Assembly (NCBI GenBank): GCA_965153455.1
Contig: OZ234493.1
Location: forward strand, 7,368,213-7,432,212
Origin: Sphagnum compactum
Lineage: Eukaryota
Reading direction: 5' to 3'
Length of the DNA: 64,000 nt
Position 1 is the first letter of the stretch; each line of letters starts with the position of its first letter. The translations under genes were made by a program, and so were the position numbers. The notes under the pieces were generated by a model. It had not been told where the DNA came from and did not search any database. It saw only the letters and a program-made list of their open reading frames with translations. Positions 36,926-50,470 of this stretch are shown piece by piece.

Positions 36926-39900
36926 TCATGAAAGGCGTTCCCTATGTGAAAGAGCAGTTACCAATTGCTGTAACCTGTTGACTTCAATGTTTCTAAGCTG
37001 GAGCTCGACATGGGCTTTGGCGAGTTCTAACTTTGCACAGTGCAACTCCTGAAAATGGCCACATGGACAAAGAACCTGATATCCACTTGGTAATATCCCA
37101 GCTGGTACCACTGTGTTTGGGACCCCACCAAAACTCTGAAATCCTCCAAAACCCCCACCCTGTAACATATGGACTCCAGTTGGAAGTGACAGTGCCCCAG
37201 GAAGTTCTTCAAACTTTCCACGTTTTGCAACCCTACTCTCATCCTCATTTCCTGGAAGTAGCCTTTTTCTGGAGGTGTCTATCATAGAATTCATCAATGA
37301 GGCATCTCCAAAGTCCCTGTTCTGCAGTTTCACAATGGGTGTTGTGAAATTCACCATCTTGCGAACCTGAATTTCAGCCCTCTTGGTACTGTTGTCCAGT
37401 GTCCTGACTGTCATGGCAACTGTCTTTTGTGGAAAACCAAACGAGTCCTAAAAAGAAACAGAGCACACAGATGTAACAATGTGTATCTTAATCCCAGACA
37501 CATTCCAATTGCATTCTCTTGTAATATCAAACTGCAATTTTTTTGTGATAACATAGGTCCAGAATCAGGTATCCTTATCCACATTGGGATCACCGAACAT
37601 AATAGTCAGGAATTACAGGTTCATTTCATACCTGATTTTTTTTTTCTGAACAGCATTATGTGAATTGCATATCATCACAAAGGGTAGTGAAACAGAATAG
37701 GGTTTAGACAAACAAATACCACAGCATGTAAGCCCTGTAACTGCTCAAATGCAGAATCTGCTTCCTCCCTGCTCCTGAAAACAGCATATGTGGAGCCTGT
37801 CTTGTGTTGACTTTTCACCGTAATTTCCTGTCAACATGAGATCCACAAACACAAGTTCTTTACCCCCTTGAATTATATATCATCTTGGGCTGTATAACAA
37901 TTTGTCTACTGCAAAAGTAAGGAGATTTGAGCAAAATGAGGTCCTGTATATTTAGTGCTAAATTCCCCTGATGCAAAGAACAAAGTCCAGTCCTTGCCAC
38001 AAACCATGTAGAATTGACAATAACAAACACCAAATTATCCAGCACATGAGAAAGGTGGTGAATAGAACCAACCTGGATTTCACAAGGAAATTCTGCTGTG
38101 AACAGAGTCTGTAAGTCTGAGACTGTCAAGAAATTGGGCAGCTTGTGCAAAAAGAGCTTAGACACTGAGTCTTTCTTCACCTGTAATCAGCAACACCACA
38201 TTACGATGCTGATGTTTCACCAGTATGAGTCCAAGAAACATTCTGGGCTCCTTAGACCCATTGGAATATCTAGTGCACTTACTGAAAACAGCCACAAAAA
38301 AGGGGAGAAAAAAGAACAAGAGCAAGACACTGGCAAGTCAAGAATCTAAAGGGTTTCTGAGCTCTACTTTGGAAAGTCACAACGTACCCTCTTGGACTGA
38401 GTAATATCATACTCCTCCAGGCCATGTTCAAGCCTATGCAAGACCAAGCGCATGGGAACAATAGCATCATCCAAACAGTTGTGAGGCTTTCCTTCCTCCC
38501 TGAAATCATATTGTAATACAGCCTGTTTTCCCCCAAAGGAATTTGAGAATGATCAACATAAGAAAGTCACATAAAACAATACAGTGAATCTGCTGACAGA
38601 AAAGTCCCAACAGACACCCAACGCATGTAGCACAATCAAGAAGAGATCATGCATCTTGCATGTCTATTGAGAGATCCAGAATTCCAACAGTAAAATTACC
38701 ATAGAAATCAGTAAGAAAAAATCAGCATGTACCTTACAGAGGTTGACAAGGCTGGGCAAGTGAGTTAATGCCCAAGTTCTCGGTTGGAATATAAATGCAG
38801 TGTCAATCACCCGTTGGTGATCAATTTTCAAAACTGACCACCAAAGCAAACACCATAATTAGATGTAGGCATGCATACAATAACCCTCATCACACTAATG
38901 TAGATCTGAAGTGGTCTATCCCTTTTTTCTGTTTAAGACCCGAAACCCTAAACCTGGGCAATTCTCACAGCATCAACAACCTTCTGTCAGACACCAACTG
39001 AGAAACATTCAACAGTATATATGTTGAGAATTTTCCTACTGGAAACCAGTGACACACAGTCTGTGGCAAGAGTCAAGAGTAACTGTACCACTTAAGTCAT
39101 GGTCCAAGCTGTGGCCCACAAGAATAGTGCCTGGACTCAGTATCTTCTTCACCATCCTCTGCCACTCAGAAGCAGCTCTCTTTTAGTTACAACATCTATA
39201 TTTGCACTCTCTGTCAGATTGCAGTTGCCAAACCCCTGAACCCAATGCTGGAAAATGACCTGGGCAACTCTTAAATAAGACAGTAACCTCTTTAGATTGT
39301 CAGCAGACCATAAGTCCTGAATTGATGCTGATAACAGACCTGAACAGCTTCTTGGGTAAGAGAGACTCCTTCTAGATCCTCAGCCTTGACTCCTGTGATG
39401 TGTGTGAGGTAATCCACCACCTTCTTATTTGGCAAGACAAGCTCATCAATCAATATCTGCATGCCACACCCAAGGCCATCATGATAAGTCTACTGTAAGC
39501 TCCCTTTCCAAACATAGTACATGATTAAAAACTAGAACATGGAATTCGACTGAAAATCTTGACCTGGATCAGAACTGGACTATGTGAAGCAGAGGAAAAA
39601 CAGGAAGTTCTGAGAATACATACTTACATCATAATTACAGTTAACTGCAAAAACAGTGAGTTCTGGGAATCTGTGCTTACATCGCAATTACGGTCAACTG
39701 CACAGATTTTCACAATCTGGGCTTCACCCCCTTCACAGTCCACCATTTCACAATCAAGAGAAATGATCCTTTCTGGAACATTGATTTTCCTTTCTCGCTT
39801 TGAAATGATCCACCCCTAACAATCACACCAAGTAGAAACTTTTTCAATTAGGGTTAGATTATGGTGATGATTCCACCATTTTGACAATGTGAGTCTGTAA

Positions 39901-41429
39901 AAATTAAATTTGTTTCCCGTAAAAGAACCATGGAAGTCTAGCTACAAAAGGTTACTGTTGACTCCACTGGCTGGTTCCCTCCACTCTTTTATCCCTCCAT
40001 TCGGCAAGGGGATGATTTTCCATTACACTCTTCCAAATGTGCAAACATCAACATAAAGAGTACTGTTTCCAGATAAGATGTGAGAGAACCTTCTGGTAGG
40101 AGGGGAAAGTGTATGAGGAAGGAAACCGAATATGTGCTTGAGTTAATTCCACCAGCTCCTGAAAACCCACCAGCTCTTTCAGTGGACTTCATAAAGTAAG
40201 CTAACCAGGAAGAAAATGAAACATTGCTTATTTCACTGGGGTTGTCACTCAGGATCAATATCATTCCAGGCTGCATTGCATAATCATTGATACACCCAAT
40301 TGGTTTTTCTTTCTCAATTGCACACCTGTTCAGGAGTTTTTGGCCATGGCTGAGTTGCATTCAAGAGCTCTTCCAGCTTATGACAATGAGCCCACTTGCG
40401 GATCCTCTTTACTGTCTGCATGTACATTGTTCCAGAAGGTAAGCATACTATGTAATACCAATTTTTTTTGACCATATCAAGTGCCTTCTCACAGAGACTA
40501 GGTACTTCAAGAAGTGTATTTGAAATCATTTGTATACTGTACTTCACATCTAGGATTTCATCATGCCCTTTGTACCAAACTCCCATCTCCCAGCTAACAT
40601 TTTTCAATGTAATCAAATCCTTACACTGATCTCCAACTTGCATATCTTTCAACTGTTTCTCTGGAACTGTTATCTCATTTCCTTGAGCCCACCCAAACTT
40701 CAATAACAGATAACTTCCAGAAATTGATGTTCCACAATTTGAAAAGTAGTTTTCAGTCTTCACTATTGATCCTAGTATCCTTACATGTGAGGTGTCAATG
40801 CCTGCATACAACTCAGCGAGATGCAGTCAGAAATATTAGTAAGGAACTGACCTGAATATCTTCATCATTAGTGAAGGTCTTCACAAATGCAGCAAGGACA
40901 TCAAAGCGATGGCTTGCAGGGTCAGTCTCAGAACCACCACTCTTGGCATTGACAGATGAAACAAACTCTAACCAGCCACCTATTTGTCCCTTAATCTGCT
41001 GTGCCAGTGCAGTCCTTACTATCATGATCAGGACCTGTAAAAACAATCCAACAAAACCAGCTGTATGTACCTCAGACAGAATCAATGTTTGTTCCGTTGA
41101 GGAGCCTCCAAAGCACGGGTGACAATTTTGACATACCTTGAAACAGGTCTTTGAAATCAAAGATTGACATGGAACAGTGTGGATATGATCATGTCCCAAC
41201 TTCAAGCATCATATTTTCCCCTGAGATGAAATGCCTGAATTCTGGCACTCCTAGGTTTTATGGGAAGTGCTGTTTGGTGCAGCTGACTGGTCAGAAATAC
41301 CCAATGGTGCTATTCCAAAGTCAACACTGTGGACCACAAAGATGAGGAAAGAGAATGGAAGTTAATGAAAAAGGTTCTCACATCCATGTCTGTTTCCTTG
41401 AAGCCTGTCAGATACTTTGAGCTGTCCAT
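36926..41429 (-). CDS. SDN: Small RNA degrading nuclease (SDN1-3/REXO-like DEDDh 3'-5' exonuclease with RRM-like C-terminus), module 2, catalytic residues intact
   Basis: Exons read MDSSKYLTGFKETDMD | ...GGWLEF...SETDPASHRFDVLAAFVKTF | ISLDCEMVDCEGG (ExoI) | ILIDELVLPNKKVVDYLTHITGV | TILVGHSLDHDL (ExoII) | LKIDHQRVIDTA...PSLVNLCK | PHNCLDDAIVPMRLV (ExoIII) | SKLFLHKLP | C-terminal exon ending 36926. Confidence 0.88.
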
Positions 41430-42412
41430 GACTGCCTTCCCATTCTGCTTTTTCATCCAAACCAAAGTCGAAAGCACAATTCTTAGATGAAGACTTAGAC
41501 CATGATGAGACCACAATATAGGGGAAAAATGTTGCTTGCATCCTGAGCAGTGACATCCGCTGGAAAGCACTATTCTCTTGGACTGAGCAAGAATGAAGAC
41601 AGTTGCTAAAAGGACATGGATAGAAAATATACATCTTCATTGGTTTCCTTGGAGCTTATCCAAGGTTTAGAGCCCAAAATAACTGGCCCAGTCACCTGCT
41701 TCAGAATTCACCACAAAGAAGAGTCAGATGAGTGAAGATGAGATGATGAGCTGGAAGTTATCCTCCAGCATGCAAAGATCACATAATCAGTCTGCTCTGA
41801 GTTAAGGGTTTGGGATCTACACCACAGGACAGAACATTATTGATCACATTTTTACCCAAGGAAAATAAGTACAAATGTGCTGGATGTGATCAAATAATCG
41901 TTGAGCAAAGAACCCTCCTGGAATAAAAGACTTGGGAAACCGACAGAGAACAGAAGTCAAGGAACATACAGCAGTCTGAGTGCTCACTAGGCTTGGGAAA
42001 GTCCTTGAGCGTTCCTTAGTGTTCATGGCAATCTGATTCAAAAAAATCCACACAAAATATTAACATCACAAGCTGGACCCTCCAAGCATCTCTAAGTGTA
42101 TGTGCTTCTACTTTTCTTTCATGGAAAACAGCTCAATGGATAGACTCTAGACCCAGAATCCTTAAACTTATCCTTGTTGATTCAGGAAGAGTCTGATTGA
42201 AAATACACAAGATGGTTGAATCACATACAACTAGGTAGGTCTTAATCAATACATACCATCTGTGGGAGAGGTAGGGGACGATTGCAACAGAAAGAACCCT
42301 GAAATTTCAATCAGAAAAATTTAGTCCTGGTATCTTCCAAAACTTCAAAAGCATACCAACCAACCTGCATTTTTACCAGAAACAACACTGCACAACATCA
42401 ACATTTGTAGTA

Positions 42413-45400
42413 CCATGTCCAGACGAGGAACAACACAGCTAGAGGCACCATACTGAAGACGATACAAAACCAAGCGCATTGGCAAGATAGCATCATCCAT
42501 GCAGCTGTTCAATCCTTCCTTCTGGAATCCTGTTTTCCAAACAGCCTGGATCCCCACAAGTGAAGGCATTAGTTGATGTTCTACAACCCACAAACTTGAG
42601 CTTGAACCAACTAAACATTAAGCCAACTGATGTCTCAACAAACTTTTGATTACTTCGATGTAAAGAGTAAGCATCAAAGTCATTACACTAGTGGCTAGGA
42701 CTCATGATGGGCATGATCATATTGATATATGAAGGTTACTGGTAAACAGGTCATCCAAAAAGTACAAAAAACTGAAGGAATACCAAGTCCCAAGGGAAGA
42801 AAGAGAAAACATGATGCACCCATTATGGTGGTTACAAAGGGTGCACCTTCAAAGAGATTCCCTTAGGGTGAAGAGACAGTATGTCACAGGTGGTCTGCAA
42901 AGAGAACAATCGGCTCACCTTGCACAAGGTGATGAGGGTGGGCAGTGGCCCAATACGTGAACCACTGTTGTGAAACAATAATGCTGTGTCAATCACCTGC
43001 TTGTGATCAATTTTCAAAGCTGCAATCACCCACAAAGAGGAAAGGTCATATATCCAGCTGCAAGTTTCAAGAAGCCACTTCACACTTTGGGGCTTTTGTC
43101 AGGCAAAAAAACTCAACATGGCTTGCTAATACTGTCCTTGAGTCCTTACAAAGCGGAGAGTAAGGGAGAGAGCATACTGGCCAAAGCATGATTTAAGCTG
43201 TGGCCGACAAGAATGGTTCCTGGAGTCAACAACTTCTTCACAAGCTTCTGCAATGTACAACACCACAATAGCATGACTACTGTGCAGGAGTAACAATTAA
43301 TTCCACGTATGTGACCATAGCGTCCGGCAGCCTGTTCTTTCTCTTGCACTGCAATCTCAGTTGCTTTCATTGAATAATTTTCCATGAACAGATAGATGCC
43401 AGGCATACCTGAGCAGCAGCCTGGGTAACAGCAACCTGTTCAAGATCCTTAGCTTTGACTTCTGTAATACTTGTGATACAATCTCCAATATTGGTGGCTG
43501 GCAGAACCAGCTGATTAATCAGCACCTGCATCCAAGCAAACAAAACTGCATGGTCACCTCTGATCAAAGCTAAAATGTTGCATGTAGCCAAAAAGAAAAA
43601 AATAAAAATCTCCACAATATATTTACAAAAGGAATGATACCTAATTATGAGATTGAGGAGAAAACTCCACAACAACAAAATTGCATAAGAAAAGAGACTT
43701 CCTGAACCAAATCACAATTCTTGATCTCACCTTGCAATCACGATTGACTGCACAAATACGGACAACCTCACACTGACGTCCTGCACATTCCACCACCTCA
43801 CAAGCAAGTGACACAAGTCTTTCTGGATTGCTTCCCTCTTTTGCTCTTTTTGATATTTTCCATCCCTGTAAAGCCATTACAAAATTTAGGATAAGCAAGA
43901 AAAACACAAAACATATGTACTGTGGATGGGAATGCAATCCATGGCAGACAAAAAGAGAGGTTGCAAAAATGACAGAACTGAAGAGATACATAAAAACAGC
44001 TACCATCTGTGTTCTTTTTCCCCCATATAGGTGACTTGAACAACAATACCTATGTAGCAAAATCAGAGGCAGAGTGGTGATTCGACAATCTACATCAGGA
44101 GGTGAGGTTGCAACTCTTCTATTTCAGTAATAAAACAGAAAAAAGACACTGGAACAACTGTGGCCCTCCTTGTTTCCCAAGAGAAAGGTGAACAGAAACC
44201 TCATGGTAGGAAGGAAAATTGTAGAGCTGTTGGAACAAGGGATGTGCTTGTGTTAATCCGACCAGCTCCTGCACCACCATTGGCATGTCAGCAATTCAAT
44301 ACAGATACATCATCAGGCAGATTTTGTCTGTCATCCTTCAGTACCATGCCTATACATTTTAGTTCAACACAAAACAACCACCAGAAAATCAATGAGTATT
44401 GGTTATTTTGCTAAAGAGGAACATCCGTACTTGCATGCTTGATGCAGCAACCAAACTACAAAGTTCCTACTCTGTATACTGATTTCTTTCCTCATCTTGA
44501 TCATGCTTTGGTGTCCTAAATTGCACAGACCTGTTCTGGAGATTTTGGCCCTGGCTGGGTGTCACCCAACAGTTTCAAATTTTCTGTGCGTCGAGCCCAC
44601 TTCCGGGCCCTTTTCACCATCTGCATGCTCATTTTCAAAAACAACACGAAGCACAGTTACAAGCCCACTGGTGCATCTCAACAAAGAGTTCTTAGTCATT
44701 GTTTGCTACTTCAAGGCTTGTTTCCTTGATCTCTAAAACCCTAAAGTTGCTATTCTAAAATTGATTCTTCAAAGCATCCCGGAAACTACAATCCTCCAAA
44801 TCCAGTTGAAGCCATTCTTCTCCCAGACTTCTTCAATTCAACCTGCCTCTTCTCAGAATCCAGGTAAATGCAAAGCCTTACTCATCCCAGAATCCACAAC
44901 TCTCAAGATCCAGATGACCTAATTCTTCTCCCAGACTTTCTTCAATCACACCTGCTTCTTCAGCATACATATCCAGCAATTGCAAGCAAGAATCTACAAT
45001 CCTTGATATCCAGCTGAACACATTCTTCTCCCAGACTTCTTCTAACAAACCTGCTTCTTCTCCAAATCCAGCAACAAAACACAAGCCTTGACTCTTCCAA
45101 GAAGCTACAATCCTTGAGAAGTAGTTCTTCTTCCAGAGTTCGTAAATAAAATCCACTTCTTCTCTATATCCAGCAATTGCAAAACCAAATTCTGAGACGG
45201 TTTCTTTGATCACCAGCTTCTTCTCTGTATCCAGCAATTGCAAAACCCTAATTCTGACAGCTTCTTTGATCACCAACCTTTTTCATAAAATGCTTTGTAA
45301 GCCCAATCCAGAAGCTCTCACACAGCCAAAGAAGTAGCAATTCAGAGAATTCAGGTTTTGCATACAACAATTTTACTGTGTCAAGAAAAGAAGGCAGTTG

Positions 45401-45846
45401 AAGGGGTTTAGGGTTTTGCGACCTTCTCACTCACATCAATATCTTCGGGTTTAGTGAACGTCTGCACAAAGGAGGCAAGCACATCCACGGGGTGCTTAGC
45501 GGGATCATTGTCAGAACCTCCCCTCTTCCTGTTGACACCAGCTACATATTGCTTCCAATCTCCTTTTCGCCCTCTGGTTTTCCTCCCTTGCGAGAGCTTC
45601 ACTATCTTGACCAAAACCTGTGGTTTTTTCCCCCATCCGTCGCATGCACACTTATTGTTTCACCATCTTCTTCTTGTAAAACCCACCCACCCGTCCAAAA
45701 ACACACTCACACACACACACACATACAAAAGCAGCAGCAGCAACATCCTTACTACTGAAACCGAGAGAAGAAAGCACGATGCTTACGTCTTTGTCAGCGT
45801 CCTTGAACCCCGTCAAGTACTTAGAGCCTACACCAACGCCCGCCAT
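42413..45846 (-). CDS. SDN-type exonuclease module 1, catalytically degenerate, same exon structure as module 2 (separate paralog or N-terminal half of a fusion)
   Basis: MAGVGVGSKYLTGFKDADKD | VLVKIV...GDWKQY...SDNDPAKHPVDVLASFVQTF | ...GPKSPEQ | ELVGLTQAHP...FPSY | VSLACEVVECAG | VLINQLVLP...ITEV | TILVGHSLNHAL | LKIDHKQVIDTA...LCK | LNSCMDDAILPMRLV. The exons I read are open, with canonical splice sites. Confidence 0.82.
44770..45290. repeat. Degenerate intronic tandem repeat (~100-110 bp units) in SDN module 1
   Basis: Recurrent attcttctcccagactt(c/t)ttc...acctgcttcttc...atccagcaa...ctacaatcct units. Confidence 0.75.
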
Positions 45847-45968
45847 CGCCAAAGCTTCAGATCGTTAAGAACGCAAAGAATGAAGCAGACCCAAAGCTAT
45901 TTTCTTCCAGCGACGGAAGTCTTCCTCCGCTCCGACGCTGCTGCTCTTGTTTGTTTGCTGGTTCTGCC

Positions 45969-45991
45969 AAACCCTAAACCCTAAACCCTAA
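45969..45991. promoter_or_regulatory. Telobox cluster (AAACCCTA x3) in the short divergent promoter between the SDN locus and the membrane-protein gene
   Basis: aaaccctaaaccctaaaccctaa between head-to-head starts less than 400 bp apart; similar motifs occur upstream of DUF427 (~47858). Confidence 0.55.
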
Positions 45992-46230
45992 GAGCTCCAC
46001 GCTTTGTTTGTTTCCGGAAATCCGTGCGCCCTGGAGCTTCACTGTTTGTTTGCTTGAGAGAGAGACACACACACACACACACACAGGCTCAGAGACAGAG
46101 ATCCTGAAGATGTTGTCTGAAGATTATGCACCATGGAGGAGTCAAGCGGTTTGTCTGCGTGGTTAGGTATTGTTGTCAGTTGTGGAATGGGAAACCTCGG
46201 AGGGGGGCAAAAGGAGGAAGCAGCAGAAGA

Positions 46231-46632
46231 ATGGTGATGGGGAATCACGGGGATCCATGGTTTGCACTTGATAAAGCAGAGCATTTTGTTGCTTGTTTTG
46301 CCATCACAGTTGCTGCTGCAACTGTGCTTGGGTTTGTAAGAAAAGAGTTGCGGGGATGGTTGCGTCTTGCGTTGGGCTCTCTACTGGGGTTGACAGCCGG
46401 AGCATTAAAGGAAGTTGGAGATGCAACCCATCTGTTGCCTTCGGATGGCGCCTCCATCAAAGATGGAGTTGCTGATGTTCTCGGTGTTTCGTGTGCTGCA
46501 ATTGTGCTGTACTACTACTTCTATGCACACAACAAACACAAGGACAAATCTAGAGAAAAGCTGGGAGGCGGCAGCAGCAGCAGCAACACATGGGAAGACT
46601 TCCAGCTGAACACCATCTCTGAGGATGTCTGA
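46231..46632 (+). CDS. Small intronless membrane protein, YfiM/DUF2279-like
   Basis: DPWFALDKAEHF...GALKEVGD...GASIKDGVADVLGV pattern with three hydrophobic segments. An upstream in-frame ATG at 46126 is possible. Confidence 0.75.
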   Translation: MVMGNHGDPWFALDKAEHFVACFAITVAAATVLGFVRKELRGWLRLALGSLLGLTAGALKEVGDATHLLPSDGASIKDGVADVLGVSCAAIVLYYYFYAHNKHKDKSREKLGGGSSSSNTWEDFQLNTISEDV

Positions 46633-47318
46633 AAACATAGCAAGAGTTTTATTGTTTGTGGGTTTAGAACTTTTCTGATTCTGTGTCCAGAAATCTTAGC
46701 ATTCTTTACCTCTCTGCTGCAAGTGCACAGTGAGGATTTTCTCTAGAGTTTGATGTGGCCACCATTCTTTCTACAAGTAGGGTAGTATCGATGTTGCTAC
46801 TGGTTGTCGAAAAACAGCAACCACATTTTTATTTTCCGAACAAAACGCTCGCATGACAGACAGGTTAAAGCTTTCAACCCATAAACAAAAAGAAAACCAC
46901 CTTGCTTGTTTAATTGCTTCTTCTTTCTCAAAGAAGATGATGATGAAGGAACAACTGCAAGAATGTAAACAAACACTTTGATTGATTGACGAGAAGAGAG
47001 AGTCTCCAGTAAAGGACGAAGTGCAACCAGGACCCACAACTCCTCATCCTCATCAACATTCACTCCAGAGATATCCTAAATCCTAAACCCCACACCGCAA
47101 ATACTCTATGCACACAGACAAAGCGATGCTAGCCACACCCATTTCATTACAGATTTGCTCAAAATACATTTTGTGTTTTCTGCATATTCCCCAAGCAAAC
47201 TGCAAGCATCATGGATAACTTTCAAGAGAAGTATGTAGCACCCAAAACCCTAAACTTCAGTATCTCCAACCTGAGCCCGTAATAGCACCAGTATGTAGAA
47301 GTGGTAGTAGTATGTCCC

Positions 47319-47724
47319 CTACACTGCCTGAGCTGCCGCTTTTTCGATCTTGACACCTTTCCAGAACGCAACATAATCCTGCAAGTAAGGAAAAAACAAG
47401 AGGCAGATCATCACAACCCAAGTCTCAAAAACACCTCCAATGAGTGTGAGAGAGTTTTTCTTTTCAGTAGATTTTTACCTTGATGTTGGAGGCAGCCGGC
47501 TTGGGCGCAGGGTAATACCAAGCTGCATCCTTGTTCTCCTGCCCATCAACCACCAAGGTGTAATAAGAAGCCTGGCCTTTCCAAGGACAGCTGGTGTTGG
47601 TGGAGCTCGGCTTCACGTACTGCATGTTCACAGATGAGGGTGGGAAGTACACGTTGCCTTCCACACTTTCGTATGTATCAGTAGCTGCAATCACAGCTCC
47701 ATTCCACACTGCCTTTGTTGCCAT
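47319..47724 (-). CDS. DUF427 (NTP_transf_9) family protein, 2 exons (47479-47724, 47319-47378)
   Basis: KAVWNGAVIA...VEGNVYFPP...TSCPWKGQASYY...NKDAAWYYPAPKPAASNIK | DYVAFWKGVKIEKAAAQAV*; GT-AG intron. Confidence 0.92.
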
Positions 47725-48123
47725 TTTACTTTGTTGCTCGCTCTACTTGTGCCCAGAAAAAAATTGTTCGAGGATTGATCGATCGATCCACCCACAACAC
47801 TGCTGCTGCTGTTGCTACTACTAGCTCTTCCCTTTTTTCTCTCAAGATTTAGTAAGCAAACCCTAAACCCTAAATCTTGTGAAGAAGAAACAAGCTAGCT
47901 ATGTTTGCAACGACGAACCCAACTCGAGAAAATGCTTGATTGAGATCTTATCTACAGCCACCAGTTTTTTTCTTCTTCAGCAGCAGCGACTGGGCCAACA
48001 ATTTCGGCATCAAATTCAATTTCGTGTCCGTGGGTTTTTCGTCGGAGAACTACTATTTTTGTAGGGTTAGAAGAGCAAGCGTAACCACCAGCAGTTCCAC
48101 CTACATTATTGTTGTTACATCTA

Positions 48124-48501
48124 CGAGTGTTGTGACCCGTGGCTACGCCACTCTAGCCACCCGTGGCACCTCGCCCAGCCCCCTGCAGCGGCTGCCTTGG
48201 CCGCTGTTTTTTTTGCCTCTCTGAGGACCTCGTTTCAGGTCCTCAACGATGGGTTTTTTTTCTGAGGACCTCGTTTCAGGTCTCCAACGACGAGTTTTCT
48301 TTCTGGGAACCTCGTTTCAGGTCCGTCTCGAGGTCTGGATCGGGTACTGGCCACCTCGGTTCATGACAATTTTTAAGAATTTGCTTTTCAAAGATGTTTC
48401 CTAACTGCCCTAACTGCCGTTGGTTCCGCCATAATGTTAAAACGCAGAACGTCTTGTGACACACAAACGGACAGACACCACGTTTGCTTTTATATATAGG
48501 A
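48124..48501 (-). mobile_element. Probable non-autonomous Helitron (~380 bp)
   Basis: On the minus strand: A|TCCTATATATAAAAGC... 5' end; 3' GC hairpin gtggcgtagccac followed 11 nt later by CTCG|T (CTRR-like); no TSD; internal gaggacctcgtttcagg repeats. Confidence 0.55.
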
Positions 48502-48629
48502 TTGCAACGTTGCACAAAGACGCCAAGCGCTTGTCTTGTTCCAGGCCTTGTACCATGCTGATCAGCATTTGGAGCAAATCGTTGCCTGCTGCTACTACAA
48601 ATATAAAAGGGATTCAAAGCAAAAGGCAA

Positions 48630-50470
48630 ATGCATTATTAGTGTCCACTGCAAGAGGATGTGATTTCTCTCCCACTAAAGGCTGAAGCTCATGACTCCTG
48701 TGTGAGGTAAACTTTGTGTTTTTTTTGCTTTACAATGTACAATGTATTACAATGTACAATATGTACATGTTTATGTGAGGTTTGCTTGAGGTTTATGACT
48801 CTTGGTGTGAGGTGAACTTTTGTGGTTTCATGCATTACAATGTACAATATGTGATGTTTGTTTGCTTCATGCCACAAATCTAAGGGATTGAAAGGAAAAG
48901 GCAAATGAATTTTTAGTGTCCACTATAAGAAAATGTGATCTTACACAAAATGTTGTGATTCATGACACATGTGGTAGGCTCTTGAGCTTCATTTGTTACA
49001 ATGTATAATATGTGATGTTTATTGTGTCATGTGGTATGTTAAAATTACAATTTGATATCAAGTTGTGACACATATTAATCAGGAGAGGATGGTGATTTTT
49101 TCTCTTCTCCTAGATCCTTAGCAATAGTGTGAGATCACATGTTGACAAAATAAAATTCAAACAACGATCTCATCATTTAGTAATTTCTCTTCGTGATAGA
49201 CGATGATTCAAAAAGGAAATCAATGTTTTGTGTTCATGGTTGCCACAATTTTCCTTCTTTCTATCTATCAAGTTATAGAATCATCACATGTTGTGTGATT
49301 TTGTGATTAGGTGAATGGCAAAGGCACTCCAATTCCATGGACCCAGAAGATGGAGGAAGGAAGGAAGGAAGAAGAGAAGATGGGATGGTATATGTACTCC
49401 ATTTCATAGATCCAAAAGGTCTAAGGGAGAAAGGAAAAAGGCATGGGATGTGTACCTAGCACGTAATGCTTTGATGCCAAATTGATTGAGAAGTGAAAAC
49501 TAACTTCAAACCCAACTAGGTTGAAAAGTAAAGTTGGTAACGATGATTGGATGGCACTAAGAACAACAAATACACGTGCACAATTTTGTTTTAGGGAAAC
49601 GTAGAAAGTTTGCAAGATATGTTAAAAATTGGACACACCTAATGATAAGGAAGAAACTAGAAAGAGTGCAAAATGGAGGCAATTGACACAAATGAAAGGA
49701 TTGAATAGTTTAGCAAAGAAAGGAAAATTTCCTTTCAACTCATCACTTTTTGAAAACATGAAATAGTGATTTAAAAAAAACTGATTTAAGCAAAACACTA
49801 CAAAAGGATGTGGTGTGGTTTTTCTCACACAAAAGGTCACACCTTTTGACACATGTGAGATCAACTTTGTGATTTCATCCATTACAATGTACAATATGTG
49901 ATGTTTATTGTGACACATATTATACAATCACATTGATCTTCAAAGTGATGGCAACAAATTGATATCTTTAGGTGCATCATTGCTCTCTCAATTAGAGCTT
50001 TGAAATGGAAATTTGATTGATGTGTGACACTCATTGCGTACATAGAGAATTCAACCTTGCCAAGTGGAATACCACACAATGTGTGTTTCGAAACACAAAT
50101 ACAATGGCCAACTCCATCTTGTGATGAAAAAAATTAAGAATAATAATAATTTTGAACCATGCACATATGGCTAGCATTGTTTTTTCAACTCTCTTTCTCT
50201 TTTGATCCACACAAAATTCCATCTCCATTTGCATTTTGTTCCATACAAATTTTCACACCATCTTTTTCCTTGCTCTACCACTAAACATTTTGTGTTGCGA
50301 TCGCACTTGTCAACAAGATCATAAATGTTTCAAACCAAGTACCGATAATTAATAACACAATCATTTAAAGAGAATGTGATTTTCCTCACACACAAAATTA
50401 CAAATCATGACACATGTGTGAAGAAAACTTTCATTCATTACGATGTACAATAATATGTGAGGTTCATTAT
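48630..50470. repeat. Degenerate dispersed/tandem AT-rich repeat region
   Basis: gtgaggt.aactttgtg...ttacaatgtacaatatgtgatgtt recurs at ~48700, 48810, 48990, 49860 and 50430. Confidence 0.65.

Noticed and set aside
40314-40811. 165-aa ORF in the SDN locus as a separate gene
   Set aside because: Only its last ~30 codons match the homologous SDN exon; the rest is intron read-through.
44878-45984. ORFs of 132 aa (-) and 176 aa (+)
   Set aside because: They are a translation of the intronic repeat and the antisense of SDN exons, respectively.
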